This document shows, piece by piece, positions 58,504 through 64,000 of a DNA stretch of 64,000 nucleotides. Positions within the stretch are counted from its first letter, which is position 1; every line of letters starts with the position of its first letter. The translations under genes were made by a program, and so were the position numbers. The stretch lies in NCBI RefSeq assembly GCF_009914755.1, contig NC_060934.1, one strand, 5' to 3'. The notes under the pieces were generated by a model. It was not told where the DNA came from. It worked only from the letters and a program-made list of their open reading frames with translations, and searched no databases. Source of the stretch: the human T2T-CHM13v2.0 reference genome, Homo sapiens.

Positions 58504-59259
58504 AGCACAAACTCAGGTCTCTCTGGCCTCTCAGCAAGCTTCAGGGCTTCATGCATGCCTGCAGCTGAGAGCTTCCGGTTGATATTCCGGTACTGGCACT
58601 GGAGCAGGCTGCGATAGGTGGTCCTCAGGTCCCGGTTGAAGAAGGCATATATAAAAGGGTTAATGAGAGAGTTTGCATAGCCTAGCCACAGAAATGTCCT
58701 CTCCACCCACAGTGGGATGCAGCTGCAGGAAGTGCCACAGATGAAGGGTCTGGCTGTCGAGAGGAGGAAAAATGGCAGCCAGCACACGGTAAAGGCCCCG
58801 ACGATGATCCCCAGGGTGGTGGCTGCTTTCTGTTCTCGCTTAAAGATGGAGATGTTTTTCCTTTCATGCTTGAGGAGTCTCGAAAGGTTTGCACACTCTT
58901 CCACCTCCTTCTGGAGCTTCACTATGCCATTCAGGGCGATGACGCTGTCTGGCTCCACTCGAGGGAAGCCAGGAAACTTGTGTTTGGCAGCACTCTTCCT
59001 GGCAGCCTTGTAAATCTGGTAGTACATGAAAAGCATGACGGACATGGGGATATAAAATGCCACTGCGGTAGAGTAAATCGTATAGCCAAAGTCCTGGCTG
59101 ATCAAGCACACCTTATCATCATTTACATTCTGAGCCCATCCAAAGAGTGGAGGTAAGGTGATGGAGGCGGAGAGAAGCCAGACGGAGAGAATCATCTTCG
59201 CCATGCATTTCCCATTCTGCCTCACAGGGTATGTGAGGGGCCTTGTGATCCCAAGGTAC
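58504..59259 (-). CDS. HTR7: 5-hydroxytryptamine receptor 7, coding exon 2 (756 nt)
   Basis: Translation (R)YLGITRPLTYPVRQNGKC...CWLPFF...WLGYANSLINPFIYAFFN...ERPERPEFVL has aminergic class A GPCR motifs (split DRY, CWxP, NPxxY) and matches 5-HT7. Acceptor ctctccactag|GTACC at 59260/59259; donor GTGCT|gtaagg at 58504/58503. Confidence 0.98.
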
Positions 59260-59344
59260 CTAGTGGAGAGATGGAAAGATAACAGATGAACACCGTGATC
59301 ATAACTGGTCAACCAAGCAAGTCCTGCCAGCCAGGTACCAGCGC

Positions 59345-59510
59345 CAGTCCTCGCAACAGCCCTTCTAGGTAGGCATCATTACTCCCATTTTGCAGAAAGG
59401 TAAACTAAGGCTCTGAGATGTTACCTATTTTATTCCGGGTCACACAGAGGCATTGCCAGATTGTAGCCTGAGAGCCCTCTGACTCTAAAGTCAGTCCATG
59501 CTTTGTGCAT
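59345..59510 (-). mobile_element. MIR
   Basis: cccattttgcagaaaggtaaactaaggctctgaga...ggtcacacag. Confidence 0.7.
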
Positions 59511-60859
59511 GCCTTATAGTTTTTCACAATCCACGAAGTCAACAAAGTTTAAAAAGCTCTCCGTCCCCATGACCACAGCCACCAAAATCAACCAGGACAA
59601 CATATCAACTCTGATGTAGGATGTTGTGACACATTCTCAAAACTTAACCAAGGTCTACCACACTCTGGTATTATACACCCAGTGATCACCCCAGCTGTCT
59701 TAATTTAGGCCAGCTTTTAATTCATTTTAGCTTTCCCTTTGCATTACAGCAAAAGCATTTCTTTAAGATCACACAGATTCGTGAGATAATTTGGGAATCC
59801 TAGAGTGTTGAAATGGTTAGCAAAAAATGATCATTATTATTATCATTATTATTGTTATTATTTTGCCCACAGAAAATTCTCACACAACAGCAATGTCAGA
59901 GGAACAATCTAAGAAATAAAAGCAGCCTGACTTCTCTCTCCAGTTCTTAGGAGAATCACAAAACAAGGGTGCAATTCTGAAAAATGTTAGGGAAATCCAA
60001 CATTTTCTCTGTGCTTAGTTCTATAGAGGGAATAAATATTACTCCAAGTCTGTGATCAAGGATTTGTAATGCAAACAAGTCTGTGCACACAGAGAAAACA
60101 TATACAGAAAAGATGTTCTGCCAAATGCTTAATATTTTTCAGCTTTTCAAACCTGTGTTTTCCTCATATTTAATAGTCGTAGAGTCTTTTTTGGAAAGCT
60201 AGGAGCACTTGAGAAGCAAAGACAGAAAAAAAACTGGTCATTTTGTTGTTGTTTTTACTTCCTTTATGTGTATAAAAGATACATTCTTGAAACATAAAAA
60301 GGAAAGATACAGAGAGTCCCTAACTTACCAACAGGTTATTTTCTGAAAGTTAGTCAGTTAGTAGGTTAGAACTCAAAAAACAATTTCTGCTAGAAATATC
60401 CTTTAATACTTAAATTATCCCACAAAAGTCCAAAATCATACTTTCACAATGAAAATTAGCATCACTATAACACTTACAGGAAGACAACACTGAAATATAG
60501 TAAAAAATAATGAGCCAGATGTTCTTACTTCTCTAGAATTCTTTCCTTCAATAAGTATTAATGGAGCTCATTTTACTGGACAGGTTCTGTTCCAGGTGTT
60601 GGGGATAGGACAGTGAGTAGAAGAGACGAAAATCCTGCGTGCAGGCAAATGGGGAAATCATGTCAGATGAAGGGGAAAACCTGAGGCCATGGTAATGTTG
60701 AAGGGAACTTCTGATCCCTTCCAAGGAGCCAGGCGTTCATGACGCTGGTTCTTCATTTGCAAACTTCCGCCTCCCCTTTTCCTTAATAAAGCTGACCTAC
60801 AAGCACTACCCTTAGATTTATCAGCTGTAGTTAGGATTATGATGTGGCTCCCAAACAGA

Positions 60860-61010
60860 ATGAGGGAAGAGAAAGAGGGAGGCTTTCCTGAGAATGCAAG
60901 AATAAGAGCTAAGAAAAAGGCGGGCAGTGCGGGGGAAAGTAACTCAGAAGAAGAGAGGGAGTGAAGGAGTAAGGAAGAGGGAAAAGGGAAGAGGGAGGGA
61001 AAAGAAAAAT
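60860..61010. repeat. Purine-rich low-complexity tract
   Basis: GA-rich direct read. Confidence 0.65.
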
Positions 61011-61250
61011 CTAGTCCTTGTTCTCAACCAGCTCCTGTGAATGTGGCCTTTTGGGCACCTTCCTTATTTCCCCAGCAGCCTTTCCCAGACATGGATTTTG
61101 ATTTCTCGTCTTTCTTTGTCTACAGCCCCAGCATAAATGCCTGCTCTCAAGCCTCAATGTGGCATCCAAGACATGAGCCCAGGATGGTGCCTCAGGTTCA
61201 CCAAGGAGTGAAGTCCAGCAGGTAGAGGTTACTTTACACAATTCCCCAGG

Positions 61251-61269
61251 AGGCCACCAGATGGCATTG
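61251..61269 (+). promoter_or_regulatory. Candidate CTCF binding site in HTR7 intron 1
   Basis: AGGCCACCAGATGGCATTG matches the CTCF core CCACCAG(A/G)(T/G)GGC; an upstream CAATTCCC resembles the ZF9-11 module. Confidence 0.6.
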
Positions 61270-61819
61270 TCAGATCATTTTACACCTACTTACTGGGAAG
61301 GGGGGTGTTTCAATAGGGTAGGTGGTTGAAGTAACAGGTATTATGTTGGAAAAATTATGACAAAAAAGGTTGTATTTTATTTGTGGAGCATTTAAAAAAT
61401 TAGCATGCCTGGAATTCACAACCTAGTAAACTCCTATTTTGAGGAAATCTGTTTTCTCTCCCATTTCTTCACACTTTCCTTACTAGAACTATGCCTTCCC
61501 ACTTAAATAACAATCCCATCTTTTTCCTGGCTAAGTAAATAATACAGAATTCACAAAGATTAATCCGGAGAGATTAATAGAGTACAAAGAACATTTCAGA
61601 ATTTTAGATAATCTCATTTAAATGGTATGTTTATTCATTCTAGTACACTTAGGCTGACACATTATATTTCAATCATGATTAGTCCATATTCAGTCTGCCC
61701 TGGATGTACAAATTATATTTCATAAACTCTGTTCTACATTAGGCACCATTCTCTAATGATTTCAAGACATCCTACAATAAGGTAGTTATATTTACTTCTT
61801 AGGCTCCTCACTTCCACCT

Positions 61820-63740
<1,921 letters not shown>

Positions 63741-64000
63741 TTAAGAACAAAATAAAAGATTTAAGAGGATTCTGAGATTCCTAATTTATATGATTCTGGC
63801 AATAGAAACAATCTGGTTCATAAAATCTTTAGAAAGCTGATAATTAAATCTTACATTGTTTTATTTGATTAGCTTGTCAAAAGTACTTTATTAGAATACA
63901 TTCATAAGTTTATACAAAAGAAAAAGAACTCATTGGCCTTTAAAATCCCATAATTACTACATAAAGTAATATTGGTATTCAGGGAAGTGTTTCTCTAAAT

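Noticed and set aside
58682-59156. Overlapping antisense and alternate-frame ORFs over exon 2
   Set aside because: Shadow ORFs expected from GC-rich coding sequence; no independent splice, start or homology evidence.
59260-59312. N-terminal MTSYDHGVHLLSFHLST of the 270-aa ORF
   Set aside because: Intronic read-through of the polypyrimidine tract from a non-ATG start; the real exon begins after the AG at 59259.

Overview
Primate (human or great-ape-like) genomic DNA holding the 3' part of the serotonin 5-HT7 receptor gene HTR7 on the minus strand, plus about 50 kb of repeat-rich downstream sequence. Exon 1 lies outside the window. Visible gene parts: coding exon 2 (59259-58504, TM3-end to TM7 and helix 8) with tandem 5' donors giving the (a)/(b) isoforms; the 98-nt cassette exon D (53355-53258); a second 98-nt, stop-free exon-C-like cassette with intact AG/GT (53613-53516); and the terminal exon (from 52193, 3' UTR to about 50490). 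The rest is mostly transposable elements: L1M, L1PA, Alu, a decayed ERVL provirus, MaLR and ERV1 LTRs, Tigger3, MER5, MER20, MER58, MIR and L2. Two orphan AATAAA + poly(A) segments look like unidentified mRNA retrocopies. Also present are a perfect 16-bp fold-back palindrome at a retrocopy/ERVL junction and a strong CTCF-like motif in intron 1. Almost all other listed ORFs are repeat-derived or spurious. Repeat subfamily names come from memory of consensus sequences, not from a RepeatMasker run, and old-repeat boundaries are approximate.
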